Assembly: GCF_000196355.1 (NCBI RefSeq)
Contig: NC_007614.1
Span: forward strand, 840,001-872,000
Reading direction: 5' to 3'
Origin: Nitrosospira multiformis ATCC 25196
Lineage (GTDB): Bacteria > Pseudomonadota > Gammaproteobacteria > Burkholderiales > Nitrosomonadaceae
DNA: 32,000 nt
Shown: positions 18,104 through 28,193 of the stretch, piece after piece
Layout: the number at the start of each line of letters is the position of its first letter
How positions within the stretch are numbered: the stretch's first letter is position 1
The notes under the pieces: model-generated
Databases searched by the model: none
Told to the model about the DNA's origin: nothing
What the model saw: only the letters and a program-made list of their open reading frames with translations
Made by a program: the position numbers and the translations under genes

Positions 18104-18363
18104 GTGAAGATGTTTAATAGCCGGCTACGATGACGTTATGGAGTCATCCTACCTTAACTCAGCCTCAAGTTGATAGAGGGATACGAAGAAAATTAAAAGT
18201 AAACTCAGGCGGCAAACAGATAGCGCACGAAGCCTGGGAATATGGGGCGCGCAAGAGGAAATATTCTTTTGCGGGGGCTTGCCATCCCCGGACTTGCCCG
18301 CAGCTTGCCAGGAGGAGGGATAGCAGCAGGTTTTGAGGGCAGGATATCCGCTATATATCCTAA

Positions 18364-18417
18364 GGAACCCTGAACAAATCCTCCGTCGCGGCTGCGAGGA
18401 ATTTGTTCAGTGGTTCC
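18364..18417. repeat. Long imperfect inverted repeat (20-bp stem with two 1-nt bulges and a 12-nt loop) just downstream of glcG
   Basis: The left arm is ggaaccctgaacaaatcctc (18364-18383). The right arm is gaggaatttgttcagtggttcc (18396-18417), whose reverse complement is ggaaccactgaacaaattcctc. No U-run follows on either strand. Confidence 0.7.
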
Positions 18418-18435
18418 CTAAGTCAAGCAGTCTTC

Positions 18436-18846
18436 TCAGGCATTTTTGAAGAGGGCATCCAGTCCTGCCCGGGCAATCTGTGCATCCTGATGGGAGCGCA
18501 CCCCGCTTACTCCCACGGCGCCGATGAACTGCCCTTCCGCGGCGATCGGTAGCCCCCCCTCGATGGGCAGAGTGCCTGGCAGACCCAGATAACGGATGCT
18601 TCCGGCTCCCACCTGTTCTTCCCAGATTTTAGTCGGACGGCGGAATGCAATGGCTGCCCGCGCCTTTTGTATTGCAACTTCGACACTGCCAAATTGTGTT
18701 TCATCGAGGCGCAGCAAGTGGATAAGATGAGCGCCGTCATCGACGATCGCAATCACCACCGGCCAGTTGTTGCGCGTGGCTTCTGCTTCCGCGGCGGTGG
18801 CAATAATCTTGGCGTCGTCGAGCGTGAGCACGTTTTTTTTATTCAT
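18436..18846 (-). CDS. GlcG/HbpS-like (DUF336) heme-binding family protein
   Basis: The start is placed at the ATG at 18846 (MNKKNVLTLDDAKIIATAAEAEATRNNWPVVIAIVDDGAHLIHLLRLD...). The family-typical ending is LPIEGGLPI...GAVGVSGVRSHQDAQIA. 136 aa. Confidence 0.8.
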   Translation of the reverse strand: MNKKNVLTLDDAKIIATAAEAEATRNNWPVVIAIVDDGAHLIHLLRLDETQFGSVEVAIQKARAAIAFRRPTKIWEEQVGAGSIRYLGLPGTLPIEGGLPIAAEGQFIGAVGVSGVRSHQDAQIARAGLDALFKNA

Positions 18847-18890
18847 AAAGCAAGCCCTCCGGATATATGTGAGATCTGAGGTCCCAAAAC

Positions 18891-18919
18891 AAAACACGCC
18901 GGAAGGTCCGGCGTGTTTT
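18891..18919 (-). terminator. Rho-independent terminator downstream of hppA
   Basis: A perfect 12-bp stem (aaaacacgccgg / ccggcgtgtttt) with a 5-nt loop. Read on the minus strand it is followed by GTTTTGTTTTGGG. It lies 16 nt after the hppA stop. Confidence 0.7.
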
Positions 18920-18934
18920 GGAGAACGCGAAAAA

Positions 18935-20968
18935 TTACAACAACGGCACAATCAGGAGCGCCACGATATTCATGATCTTGATGAGCGGATTCACGGCTGG
19001 ACCCGCAGTATCCTTGTAAGGATCGCCCACTGTATCACCTGTAACGGCTGCCTTATGCGCTTCCGAACCTTTTCCACCGAAATGGCCATCTTCAATGTAT
19101 TTCTTGGCGTTATCCCAGGCACCGCCCCCGGCAGTCATCGAAATTGCCACGAAAATGCCTGTAATGATCGCACCGATCAGTACCCCGCCGAGAGCAACCG
19201 GACCCAGCATGAGGCCGACGATCAGGGGAACGGCAACCGGAAGCAGGGAGGGAAGGATCATTTCCTTGATCGCCGCTCTTGTCACCATATCCACTGCACG
19301 CGAGTAGTCGGGCCTGGCTGTTCCTTCCATGATTCCAGGGATTTCCTTGAACTGGCGGCGGACTTCCACTACTACCGAACCGGCGGCACGGCCGACGGCT
19401 TCCATGGCCATGGCGCCAAACAGGTAGGGAACCATGCCCCCGAGGAACAGGCCGATGATGACCATGTGATCGGACAAATCAAAGTTTACGCTCTTGCCGC
19501 CACTCGAGAGTGCATGGGTGTAGTCGGCGAACAGCACCAGCGCAGCCAGACCGGCAGAGCCGATCGCATAGCCTTTGGTCACGGCCTTGGTGGTGTTGCC
19601 CACGGCATCGAGGGGATCGGTGATGTCTCGTACTTCCGAAGGCAGACCGGACATTTCGGCAATGCCCCCAGCATTATCCGTGATGGGACCGTAAGCATCC
19701 AGCGCGACGATGATTCCGGCCATGGAAAGCATCGATGTGGCGGCGATGGCAATGCCATACAGGCCTGCCAGTTCGTATGTGATCCAGATGGAAAGACATA
19801 CGACAACAACCGGCCAGGCAGTTGCCTTCATTGAAATACCCAGACCGGCAATGACGTTGGTGCCGTGACCGGTGCTGGAAGCTTCGGCAATGGAGCGTAC
19901 CGGTTTGAATTCAGTTGAAGTGTAGTACTCCGTGATCCACACCATTGCAGCGGTGAGCGCCAGGCCAACCAGTACGGAGAGGTAAAGACTGGTCGAGGTA
20001 ACCAGCTTTCCCTCGATCATTACGCCCTCGCCGAGCATGATGGTCGTGATGGGATAATAGGCAATTGCCGCCAGCCCGCCGGCAACTGCCAAACCACGGT
20101 AAAGCGCATTCATGATTTTGCCGCCTTCACGTGCCTTGACAAAGTAACAGCCAATGATGGAAGCAATAATCGAAACGCCCCCCAATACCAGTGGATAGAG
20201 CACCGCGTTGGGGCCGGCGTCGGTGATGAGCAAGCCGCCCAGCAGCATGGTCGCGATAATGGTAACGGCGTAGGTTTCAAACAGGTCTGCAGCCATCCCG
20301 GCACAGTCGCCCACGTTATCGCCTACGTTGTCGGCAATTACTGCAGGGTTGCGTGGATCATCCTCAGGGATGCCGGCTTCCACCTTGCCGACCAGGTCCG
20401 CGCCGACGTCGGCGCCCTTGGTGAAAATTCCGCCGCCGAGACGTGCAAAAATGGAGATCAGCGAGCTACCGAAGGCAACTCCCACGAGGGCGTGAGTGGC
20501 TTGCGATTCACTTGCGCCCATGCCGATCAGAAGGGCAAAGTAGCCGGCTACGCCCAGCAAACCCAGACCAACCACCAGCATACCGGTAATGGCCCCTCCC
20601 TTGAAGGCAACATCCAGGGCGGCATTGAGGCCGTGCCGCGCTGCTTCCGCCGTGCGTACGTTGGCACGCACCGATACGTTCATGCCGATATACCCGGTCA
20701 GCCCCGACAGGAAAGCGCCCAGAGCAAACCCGACGGCTGTCTGCCAGCCCAGAGCAAGAAAGATTGCCATCAGCAGAATAACACCCACTATGCTGATGGT
20801 GGTGTATTGGCGGTTCAGGTAAGCCGAGGCGCCTTGCTGAATCGCCGTAGCAATATCCCGCATGCGTTCGTTGCCTGCTGGCAACGCTACAATCCATCTT
20901 ATCGAAACCACTCCATAAAGGAGTGCCGCCATCGCGCAACCAATTGCGATGATTAAACCAGTACTCAT
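18935..20968 (-). CDS. hppA: Membrane-bound H+-translocating pyrophosphatase, K+-independent type
   Basis: 677 aa and polytopic. Signature motifs include [21 protein letters not shown] and [32 protein letters not shown] has Lys rather than Ala in the position that distinguishes K+-independent enzymes (established rule, recalled from memory). Confidence 0.97.
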   Translation of the reverse strand: MSTGLIIAIGCAMAALLYGVVSIRWIVALPAGNERMRDIATAIQQGASAYLNRQYTTISIVGVILLMAIFLALGWQTAVGFALGAFLSGLTGYIGMNVSVRANVRTAEAARHGLNAALDVAFKGGAITGMLVVGLGLLGVAGYFALLIGMGASESQATHALVGVAFGSSLISIFARLGGGIFTKGADVGADLVGKVEAGIPEDDPRNPAVIADNVGDNVGDCAGMAADLFETYAVTIIATMLLGGLLITDAGPNAVLYPLVLGGVSIIASIIGCYFVKAREGGKIMNALYRGLAVAGGLAAIAYYPITTIMLGEGVMIEGKLVTSTSLYLSVLVGLALTAAMVWITEYYTSTEFKPVRSIAEASSTGHGTNVIAGLGISMKATAWPVVVVCLSIWITYELAGLYGIAIAATSMLSMAGIIVALDAYGPITDNAGGIAEMSGLPSEVRDITDPLDAVGNTTKAVTKGYAIGSAGLAALVLFADYTHALSSGGKSVNFDLSDHMVIIGLFLGGMVPYLFGAMAMEAVGRAAGSVVVEVRRQFKEIPGIMEGTARPDYSRAVDMVTRAAIKEMILPSLLPVAVPLIVGLMLGPVALGGVLIGAIITGIFVAISMTAGGGAWDNAKKYIEDGHFGGKGSEAHKAAVTGDTVGDPYKDTAGPAVNPLIKIMNIVALLIVPLL

Positions 20969-21024
20969 TTAAATCTCCAGTTAAAATCGGCTACGGGGAA
21001 ACGCATACAAGATGCAGCGTTATC

Positions 21025-21092
21025 GTTCACAGAGAGTGCTGCTCAGCGGTTGTTCAGTGATTGCTTTGCTGCCGGTACACACTTCTGTGAAC
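21025..21092. repeat. Inverted repeat in the pfp-hppA intergenic region (14/15-nt arms, about 39-nt spacer)
   Basis: gttcacagagagtg (21025-21038) pairs with cacacttctgtgaac (21078-21092), with one indel. It lies about 60-125 nt upstream of the hppA ATG and 40 nt downstream of the pfp stop. Confidence 0.6.
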
Positions 21093-21131
21093 AATATGCA
21101 TGCGCTTCCGGTTACGCCAGGTTAAAGCGAC

Positions 21132-22391
21132 TCAAAGCGTGAAGCCGCTCAATTTTTTCGGGACCGCCACATTCTTCAACCGTACGTAGTCCGGCAGCCC
21201 ATCCTTGTAGGGTGGATAGTCTTCACCCTCGATAAGGGGCGCCAGATATTCCCGGCACAGGTCGGTAATGCCAAACCCGTCCTCGGTGATAAAGTTCTCA
21301 GGCATCATTTTTTCGACATTGGCGACTTGCGACAGCTGAGCCATACCTACTTTCCACTGGTAGGGCCTGGCGGAAATACGTTCTATGGTAGGCATCACGG
21401 AGTTATGCCCCTGGACCGCGAATTCCACCGCAGCCTGGCCCATGGCGTATGCTTGCTCAACGTCGGTTTTGGAGGCGATGTGACGCGCGGCACGTTGCAG
21501 ATAGTCCGCCACACCCCAGTGATATTTGAGTCCGAGTCCCTCCTTCACCATGCTCGCCACCACCGGTGCCACCCCTCCCAATTGCGCATGTCCGAACGCA
21601 TCGCGCACCCCCTGGTCGGAGAGGAATTTGCCGTCATCTCCTTTTACGCCTTCCGATACCACTACCGAGCAGTAGCCGAATTTCTTGACGCAGCTATCCA
21701 CTTTGGCGAGGAATTTCTGTTTGTCGAAGCTGATTTCGGGGAAGAGAATGACGACGGGAATTTCACGCTCAGGGCTGGACGCCAGGCCTCCGGCGGCTGC
21801 TATCCAGCCGGCGTGCCGTCCCATTACTTCCAGCACGAACACCTTCGTGGACGTTGCTGACATGCTTGCCACATCGAAGCTGGCTTCAAGCGTGGATACG
21901 GCGATGTACTTCGCCACGGAGCCGAAGCCAGGACAGCAGTCCGTGATGGGAAGGTCGTTATCCACCGTTTTTGGCACATGAATGGCCTGAATGGGATAGC
22001 CAAGTGTGCCGGACAGTTGTGATACCTTGAGACATGTATCCGCTGAATCGCCGCCGCCGTTGTAGAAGAAATAGCCGATGTCATGAGCCTTGAATACTTC
22101 GATCAGGCGTTCATATTCCCGCCGGTTCTGTTCAAGGCTTTTCAGTTTGTAGCGGCAGGAGCCGAATGCTCCGGAGGGTGTGTACCGCAAGGCGCTGATT
22201 GCGGCATCGGATTCCTGGCCAGTATCGATCAGATCCTCGGTAAGCGCGCCGATGATCCCGTTGCGTCCCGCATAGATCCTGCCTATCTTTCCGCTTTGCT
22301 TGCGGGCGGCTTCAATTACCCCGGCTGCGGAAGCGTTGATGACGGCCGTAACGCCGCCGGATTGAGCATAAAAAGCATTTTTTGCTGCCAT
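21132..22391 (-). CDS. pfp: 6-phosphofructokinase, probably pyrophosphate-dependent (Pfp type, about 420 aa)
   Basis: The start is placed at the ATG at 22391 (MAAKNAFYAQSGGVTAVINASA), after GGGGAGAAAT. PFK-family motifs are present (NGGGDSADT, VPKTVDNDL, MGRHAGW). In place of the ATP-PFK GGDGS motif it has GGGDS. It is adjacent to hppA. PPi specificity is inferred, not proven. Confidence 0.88.
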   Translation of the reverse strand: MAAKNAFYAQSGGVTAVINASAAGVIEAARKQSGKIGRIYAGRNGIIGALTEDLIDTGQESDAAISALRYTPSGAFGSCRYKLKSLEQNRREYERLIEVFKAHDIGYFFYNGGGDSADTCLKVSQLSGTLGYPIQAIHVPKTVDNDLPITDCCPGFGSVAKYIAVSTLEASFDVASMSATSTKVFVLEVMGRHAGWIAAAGGLASSPEREIPVVILFPEISFDKQKFLAKVDSCVKKFGYCSVVVSEGVKGDDGKFLSDQGVRDAFGHAQLGGVAPVVASMVKEGLGLKYHWGVADYLQRAARHIASKTDVEQAYAMGQAAVEFAVQGHNSVMPTIERISARPYQWKVGMAQLSQVANVEKMMPENFITEDGFGITDLCREYLAPLIEGEDYPPYKDGLPDYVRLKNVAVPKKLSGFTL

Positions 22392-22581
22392 ATTTCTCCC
22401 CTGATTATTTAAATCTTCCAACATTTACCGTCAGCGTACGCACGCTTTCTCCCGTGGCGCACCAGTGCTGGCGCCATCATGCATACGGCAACGAGGACTA
22501 TCGCCGCTGCGTATTGCTCTCTTAGCGAATTAAAACGGCGGTGATACCAGGCTTGAGTTCCACCAGGAGTTTTGACTGAAG

Positions 22582-23247
<666 letters not shown>

Positions 23248-23303
23248 TTATAAAGCCCGCTGGCGAGGCGGGAGGCGAGATCCATTTTGTTGTCAAACAA
23301 GAG

Positions 23304-23332
23304 ATTATAGCGCAGGCCATCCGCCTCTTGAA
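23304..23332 (-). promoter_or_regulatory. Candidate sigma70 promoter for adk
   Basis: On the minus strand: TTCAAG (23332-23327), a 17-nt spacer, then a perfect TATAAT (23309-23304). This is about 70 nt upstream of the adk Shine-Dalgarno site. The -35 element is weak (3/6). Confidence 0.3.
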
Positions 23333-23346
23333 CTTTTTGACCCGAT

Positions 23347-26127
23347 TCAGCAGCCCAGTTTCTGAAGTTGCTCTTTCAGTTTTCCCAATGTCGTGCTGAA
23401 ACCGGCAAGGCGTTCTTTTTCCTGTTCCACTACCTTTGCCGGCGCGCGATCCACGAAATTACTGTTGGCGAGCTTGGTTTGCGCCTTTTCCATTTCCGTC
23501 TGGACACGGTCGAGCTCTTTGGTCAGCCGCTCACGCTCAGCAGCAATATCAATCTCGATTTTCAGCATCAGCCTGAATTCACCTACGATTGCGACCGGTG
23601 CTTCGGCGGGAGGTAAATCCTGTTCGATTTCGATATCCGACAATTTGGCCAGCGCCTTCAGATAAGGAGAAAAACCGGCGAGTGTTTTTACGTCGCCTAC
23701 GGCCAGAAGGGGTACCCTCGATGCCGGGGAGAGGTTCATTTCTCCGCGCAGCGTGCGGCAGGCATTGATCATTTCCTTGAGTGCAGCGATATTCCCGATG
23801 GCGGTGTCGTCGAGCTTGGAGGGATCGGCTTGAGGGTAAGGCTGCAACATGATGCTCACCCCTTGCTTGGCTGCCAGTGGAGCCACGCTTTGCCACAACT
23901 CTTCGGTAATGAACGGGATGAGGGGATGGGCAAGTCTTAAAGCCGTTTCCAGGACGCGGGCCAGGGTGCGGCGCGTCGTGCGCTGTACCACTTCGTTGCC
24001 GGAATTCAGCTGTACCTTGGCGAACTCCAGATACCAGTCGCAATACTCATCCCAGACGAATTCATAGATTTCGCGGGCCGCCATGTCAAAGCGGTAGTCC
24101 TGATAAGCCTGCGCGACCGCGGTTTCCGCCTGTTGCAGCCGGCCGATGATCCAGCAGTCGGCATCCGAATATTCCAGCGGCACCGATTCCACTAAACCGG
24201 TATCCTTACCCTCGCAATTCATCAGCACGTAGCGTGCCGCATTCCAGAGCTTATTGCAGAAATTGCGGTAACCTTCGCAGCGCTGCATATCGAACTTGAT
24301 GTCGCGGCCATGAGAGGCGAGGCTTGCAAAAGTAAAGCGCAGCGCATCGGCACCGAACGCCGGGATTCCCTCCGGAAACTGCTTACGGGTGATTTTTTCG
24401 ATGGATTCGGCCTGCCGCGGGTTCATCAGACCGCTCGTGCGCTTGGTGATCAGATCAGGAAGTGCAATGCCGTCGATAAGATCCAGCGGGTCCAGCACAT
24501 TGCCTCTGGATTTGCTCATTTTATGCCCTTCCGCATCGCGGATGAGGCCGGTGATATATACCTCCCGGAAAGGTACTTTGCCGGTGAAATGCAGGGACAT
24601 CATCACCATGCGCGCTACCCAGAAAAAAATGATGTCGAAGCCGGTGACCAGAACCGAGGTCGGCAGGAATGTGTCAAGCTCCGGCGTTTTTTCCGGCCAG
24701 CCCAAGGTGGAGAATGGCCACAGCGCGGATGAAAACCAAGTATCCAGCACATCCTCGTCCTGCACCAGCTTGCGCCCCCCCGCCAGCCGCTGCGCTTCCT
24801 CCAGATTATGTGCGACAAAGATGTTATTGTCCTCGTCATACCAGGCGGGAATCCGATGGCCCCACCATAACTGCCGGGAAATACACCAGTCCTGGATATT
24901 TTCGAGCCACTGGTTATATACGTGCGCCCAGTTTTCCGGAATGAATTTCACTTCTCCACTTGCCACCGCCTCCAGGCCCCGCCTCGCCAGGCCGTTCATG
25001 GTGACATACCATTGATCAGTCAGCATCGGTTCAACGATAGCCTGAGTGCGATCTCCGCGCGGCACCATCAGCTTGTGCGGTTTTGTTTCAACCAGCAGAT
25101 TCTGTTCTTCCAGGTCGGCGACAATTTTCCTGCGGGCTGCAAAACGATCCAGTCCCTGATACTCGGCGGGCGCCAGGTCATTGATCTTTCCATCCAGGGT
25201 AAGAATGCCGAGCGGAACGAGTTTGTGCCGTTGTCCTATCTGATAGTCGTTGAAATCATGCGCGGGAGTGATCTTGACGCACCCCGTACCGAATGCCGGG
25301 TCGACATAGGCATCCGCGATGATGGGTATGCTCCGCTCGCATAATGGCAGGCGCACGTGGCGGCCGATCAGGTGACGGTAGCGCTCATCGTCAGGATGCA
25401 CAGCTACCGCCATATCGCCCAGCATGGTTTCCGGGCGGGTAGTGGCAACAATCAGCCCTTCCGGTTTTGCGCCATCCTGATTTCCCCCCAAATCGTTTTC
25501 GAAGGGATAAAGAATATGCCAGAGTGATCCTTCTTCTTCTGCCGATACCACTTCGAGGTCGGAAACGGCAGTTTGCAGCACCGGATCCCAGTTCACCAGG
25601 CGTTCCCCGCGATAAATGAGGCCTTCGCGATAAAGCCGCACGAAAACTTCAGTCACGGCGCGGGAGAGTCCCCCATCCATGGTGAAGCGTTCGCGCGACC
25701 AGTCGCAGGAGGCGCCCATACGGCGCATCTGGCGGCTGATGGTGGAGCCCGATTCCTCTTTCCATTCCCACACGCGGGCGAGAAACGCTTCACGTCCCAG
25801 ATCTCGCCGGTCAATGCTCTGCTGATCCAGTTGGCGTTCCACCACGATCTGGGTGGCAATTCCCGCATGGTCGGTACCCGGCTGCCATAACGTGTTATCT
25901 CCCCGCATACGGTGATAACGCGTCAGCGCATCCATCAAGGTATGTTGAAAGGCATGACCCATGTGCAGGGTGCCGGTCACGTTGGGTGGCGGCAGCATGA
26001 TGCAGTATGCAGGCGCTTGATCACCCGCAGTCCCTGCTGGTCCAGGCCTGAAATAGCCTTCGCCTTCCCAGCGCGAATACCAGCGGCTTTCGATAGCCCG
26101 GGGATCAAAGCTTTTTTCGAGTTCCAT
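23347..26127 (-). CDS. valS: Valine--tRNA ligase
   Basis: The start is placed at the ATG at 26127 ([26 protein letters not shown]...). Class I signatures are present: HMGH ([13 protein letters not shown]) and KMSKS. There is a C-terminal coiled-coil. The TTG at 26157 adds only 10 unlikely residues. Confidence 0.97.
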   Translation of the reverse strand: MELEKSFDPRAIESRWYSRWEGEGYFRPGPAGTAGDQAPAYCIMLPPPNVTGTLHMGHAFQHTLMDALTRYHRMRGDNTLWQPGTDHAGIATQIVVERQLDQQSIDRRDLGREAFLARVWEWKEESGSTISRQMRRMGASCDWSRERFTMDGGLSRAVTEVFVRLYREGLIYRGERLVNWDPVLQTAVSDLEVVSAEEEGSLWHILYPFENDLGGNQDGAKPEGLIVATTRPETMLGDMAVAVHPDDERYRHLIGRHVRLPLCERSIPIIADAYVDPAFGTGCVKITPAHDFNDYQIGQRHKLVPLGILTLDGKINDLAPAEYQGLDRFAARRKIVADLEEQNLLVETKPHKLMVPRGDRTQAIVEPMLTDQWYVTMNGLARRGLEAVASGEVKFIPENWAHVYNQWLENIQDWCISRQLWWGHRIPAWYDEDNNIFVAHNLEEAQRLAGGRKLVQDEDVLDTWFSSALWPFSTLGWPEKTPELDTFLPTSVLVTGFDIIFFWVARMVMMSLHFTGKVPFREVYITGLIRDAEGHKMSKSRGNVLDPLDLIDGIALPDLITKRTSGLMNPRQAESIEKITRKQFPEGIPAFGADALRFTFASLASHGRDIKFDMQRCEGYRNFCNKLWNAARYVLMNCEGKDTGLVESVPLEYSDADCWIIGRLQQAETAVAQAYQDYRFDMAAREIYEFVWDEYCDWYLEFAKVQLNSGNEVVQRTTRRTLARVLETALRLAHPLIPFITEELWQSVAPLAAKQGVSIMLQPYPQADPSKLDDTAIGNIAALKEMINACRTLRGEMNLSPASRVPLLAVGDVKTLAGFSPYLKALAKLSDIEIEQDLPPAEAPVAIVGEFRLMLKIEIDIAAERERLTKELDRVQTEMEKAQTKLANSNFVDRAPAKVVEQEKERLAGFSTTLGKLKEQLQKLGC

Positions 26128-26829
26128 ACTGTCGATCGTTTGGTGGAAAACCCGCAATTATAACGGAAGGTGCAAGGGCCGGCAGCGCGGCGCTCCCTCT
26201 TGACTGTGCCCCATCTTGTCGGTGAGGGGCATTCCGAGAAAGCATTGGGAATCTATCCCGTTATCCTTATTGAGCCGGGCAGCAAATATAATGAATCTCG
26301 TCATTCCGGCCCTGACCCGGAATCCAGCCAAATCTAATGGCGTGCTTCTTGGAATGTTACGGAATACCCGTTTCCGCCGTATGAAGTTTGTACCGTCTGC
26401 TCGCCGACTCCACCACAAGCCCGTTTTGCGGGCGCCGGAGGCAGGCCCTAATCAGCTCCTGCACTCTGCTGAAGGCCGCTCATGCCGACTCTTCAGCTTG
26501 CTCACTTTCAGGTCTTGCAATCTGCCTTAATCTCGCTTAAAAATAATTGAGATCGGGAAGATTTTGATTGAGGTTTTTCCCGACCGGGGGATAAGCCTGT
26601 TGATAACTCGTCAAGCCATGCCGTGGCTTGAGTTCTCTTATTGCTCAAAATACAGTGCCTTGCCATGGCTGGATAGACCGATCGGCTCATATACTTTTTG
26701 CCTGACAGATTTTAAGCTGCATTGCCATAATGACAGGTGGAGAGCCATGTGGCGCGAAGGGGAGCGCTGCCGGTATGGGATTGGCAAATGGGAGAGCCTT
26801 GCATCTCTGAAACCATTTACTGAGAGAGA

Positions 26830-27939
26830 ATGATGAAAATGACCAATGACTCCAGAATGCAGGGTTTGCTCCCGCTGTTGGTCTTGAGTACCGGATTGTG
26901 CTTTGTTTCCCCCGCCTTTGCACAGCTACAACGTTTATACATTCTGGATCTCAAAAGAAACCAACTGATCACTCTTATGCCGAGTGAAATGACGGGTAAC
27001 GCTACCGGCATCAATAATGCTGGCCAGGTAGCATGGTACGCCATCAAGGAATATGGGCACGCTTTCATCACCGGCCCCGACGGCGTTGGCAGAACCGATC
27101 TCAAGACACTGGGCGGTGATTCCAGCGCAACCTTTGGCATTAATGATGCGGGGCAAGTGGTAGGATGCTCACAGACAGCTACAGGTAATTTGCATGCTTT
27201 TATTACCGGCCCCAACGGCGTGGGCATGACAGACCTGGGGACACTGGGAGAACGTGCCAGTTACGCCACCAGCATCAATAATGCTGGCCAGGTGGCAGGA
27301 TATACCGTCAAGGAATATGGGCACGCTTTCATCACTGGTCCCAATGGTGCGGGCATGACCCATCTGGAAAGCCTGCCGGACGGACTCACAACTGTTGCTC
27401 ATGATATCAATGATGCCGGACAGGTGGTCGGGAGGGGCGTGAGGCACGCTTTCATCACTGGCCGCAATGGCGTGGGGATGAAGGATCTCGGGACCCTGGG
27501 TGGAGATTACAGTGTCGCCTATGGCATCAATGAGGCCGGAGAGGTGGTAGGGGGTTCCAGCACGGCTGCCGGTTATACGCACGCTTTCATCACTGGTCCC
27601 AATGGCGTGGGGATGACGGATCTCGGGACGCTGGGTGGAGGTTACAGTATCGCCACTGACATCAACGATGCCGGACAGGTGGTGGGATGGTCCACCATGG
27701 CTGCCGGTGATAACCATGCCTTTATCACCGGTCCCAATGGCGTAGGCATGATGGACCTTAATTCACTGCCCTGGTTACCGCCCGGATACGTTATAACGGG
27801 CGCCATCAGCATCAATGACAGGGGACAGGTCGTCGTTATTGCCGATCTTCCCAAACCCGAGGCTTATATGCTGATATTCGCTGGCCTGGGCCTGATCGGG
27901 TTTCTGGTATGGTGGCAGAAGTCGGGAAGCAGCGCCTAG
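26830..27939 (+). CDS. Secreted HAF-family extracellular repeat protein with a degenerate PEP-CTERM-like C-terminal anchor
   Basis: Signal peptide (LLPLLVLSTGLCFVSPAFAQ). There are six HAFITGPNGVGMTDL motifs alternating with seven IN(D/N)AGQVVG motifs. The tail is LPKPEAYMLIFAGLGLIGFLVWWQKSGSSA. The start could be any of the ATGs at 26830, 26833 or 26839. Confidence 0.85.
   Translation: MMKMTNDSRMQGLLPLLVLSTGLCFVSPAFAQLQRLYILDLKRNQLITLMPSEMTGNATGINNAGQVAWYAIKEYGHAFITGPDGVGRTDLKTLGGDSSATFGINDAGQVVGCSQTATGNLHAFITGPNGVGMTDLGTLGERASYATSINNAGQVAGYTVKEYGHAFITGPNGAGMTHLESLPDGLTTVAHDINDAGQVVGRGVRHAFITGRNGVGMKDLGTLGGDYSVAYGINEAGEVVGGSSTAAGYTHAFITGPNGVGMTDLGTLGGGYSIATDINDAGQVVGWSTMAAGDNHAFITGPNGVGMMDLNSLPWLPPGYVITGAISINDRGQVVVIADLPKPEAYMLIFAGLGLIGFLVWWQKSGSSA
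27010..27837 (+). repeat. In-frame coding repeats (HAF repeat units, period 41-45 aa)
   Basis: HAF histidines fall at residues 77, 122, 165, 206, 251 and 296. The nucleotide core cacgctttcatcac(c/t)gg(c/t)cc(c/g)aa(c/t)gg recurs at 27058, 27316, 27447 and 27581, with variants (cat for cac) at 27193 and 27715. Confidence 0.9.
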
Positions 27940-27995
27940 TATCGAGGCATCGCCCCTGATCCCTGCGGGTTTTCCAGGTGAAGTGCGATGGGCCG

Positions 27996-28025
27996 GGAAC
28001 GGGCCCCTGTTCCATTATTGTTTTT
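27996..28025 (+). terminator. Probable rho-independent terminator after the HAF-repeat gene
   Basis: A GC-rich hairpin (ggaacgg gcc cc t gttcc, 27996-28013) is followed by ATTATTGTTTTT. The stem is short and has a bulge. Confidence 0.5.
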
Positions 28026-28193
28026 ATGCGTACAAAATTCCTCCGTGCAGCTGAGACTCATGAAACGGTAGGCGTATTTCCCCCGAAGGATGAGGATGAA
28101 ATTGGGGAGGCAGAAAGGGGAACAGAGAGACTTGTGGGTCGGTCGAGCGTGCAGGCAGGGGAATAATCGAACCCAAGATAAAAAGATCGAAAT

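Noticed and set aside
18767-19834. 355-aa plus-strand ORF
   Set aside because: It is an antisense shadow of hppA. It has no motifs and a biased composition.
18402-21058. An exact 10-mer, CACTGAACAA, on the minus strand upstream of both perM and hppA, as a shared operator
   Set aside because: Thousands of repeated 10-mers are expected by chance in 2 x 32 kb, and the distances to the two starts are very different. The observation is too weak on its own.
24775-24781. C7 (valS) and G7 (xerD, 31878-31884) homopolymers as phase-variation tracts
   Set aside because: They encode conserved Gly-Gly residues in essential housekeeping genes. Frameshifting there would be lethal, so they are not contingency loci.
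26400-26420. A TCCACCA-like string (gactccaccac) suggesting a tRNA or tmRNA 3' end
   Set aside because: There is no T-loop (GGTTCGAATCC-type) or acceptor-stem complement upstream, and no cloverleaf can be drawn.
26158-26530. ORFs of 86 aa (minus strand) and 104 aa (plus strand) in the valS-HAF intergenic region
   Set aside because: The translations are Arg/Leu/Pro-rich and look non-coding. There is no Shine-Dalgarno site, and they overlap each other on opposite strands.
27010-27837. Regularly spaced nucleotide repeats that could be mistaken for a CRISPR array
   Set aside because: The repeats are in frame inside a signal-peptide-bearing ORF, and the period varies (123-135 nt). The segments between them are conserved protein sequence (INDAGQVVG), so they are protein repeats.
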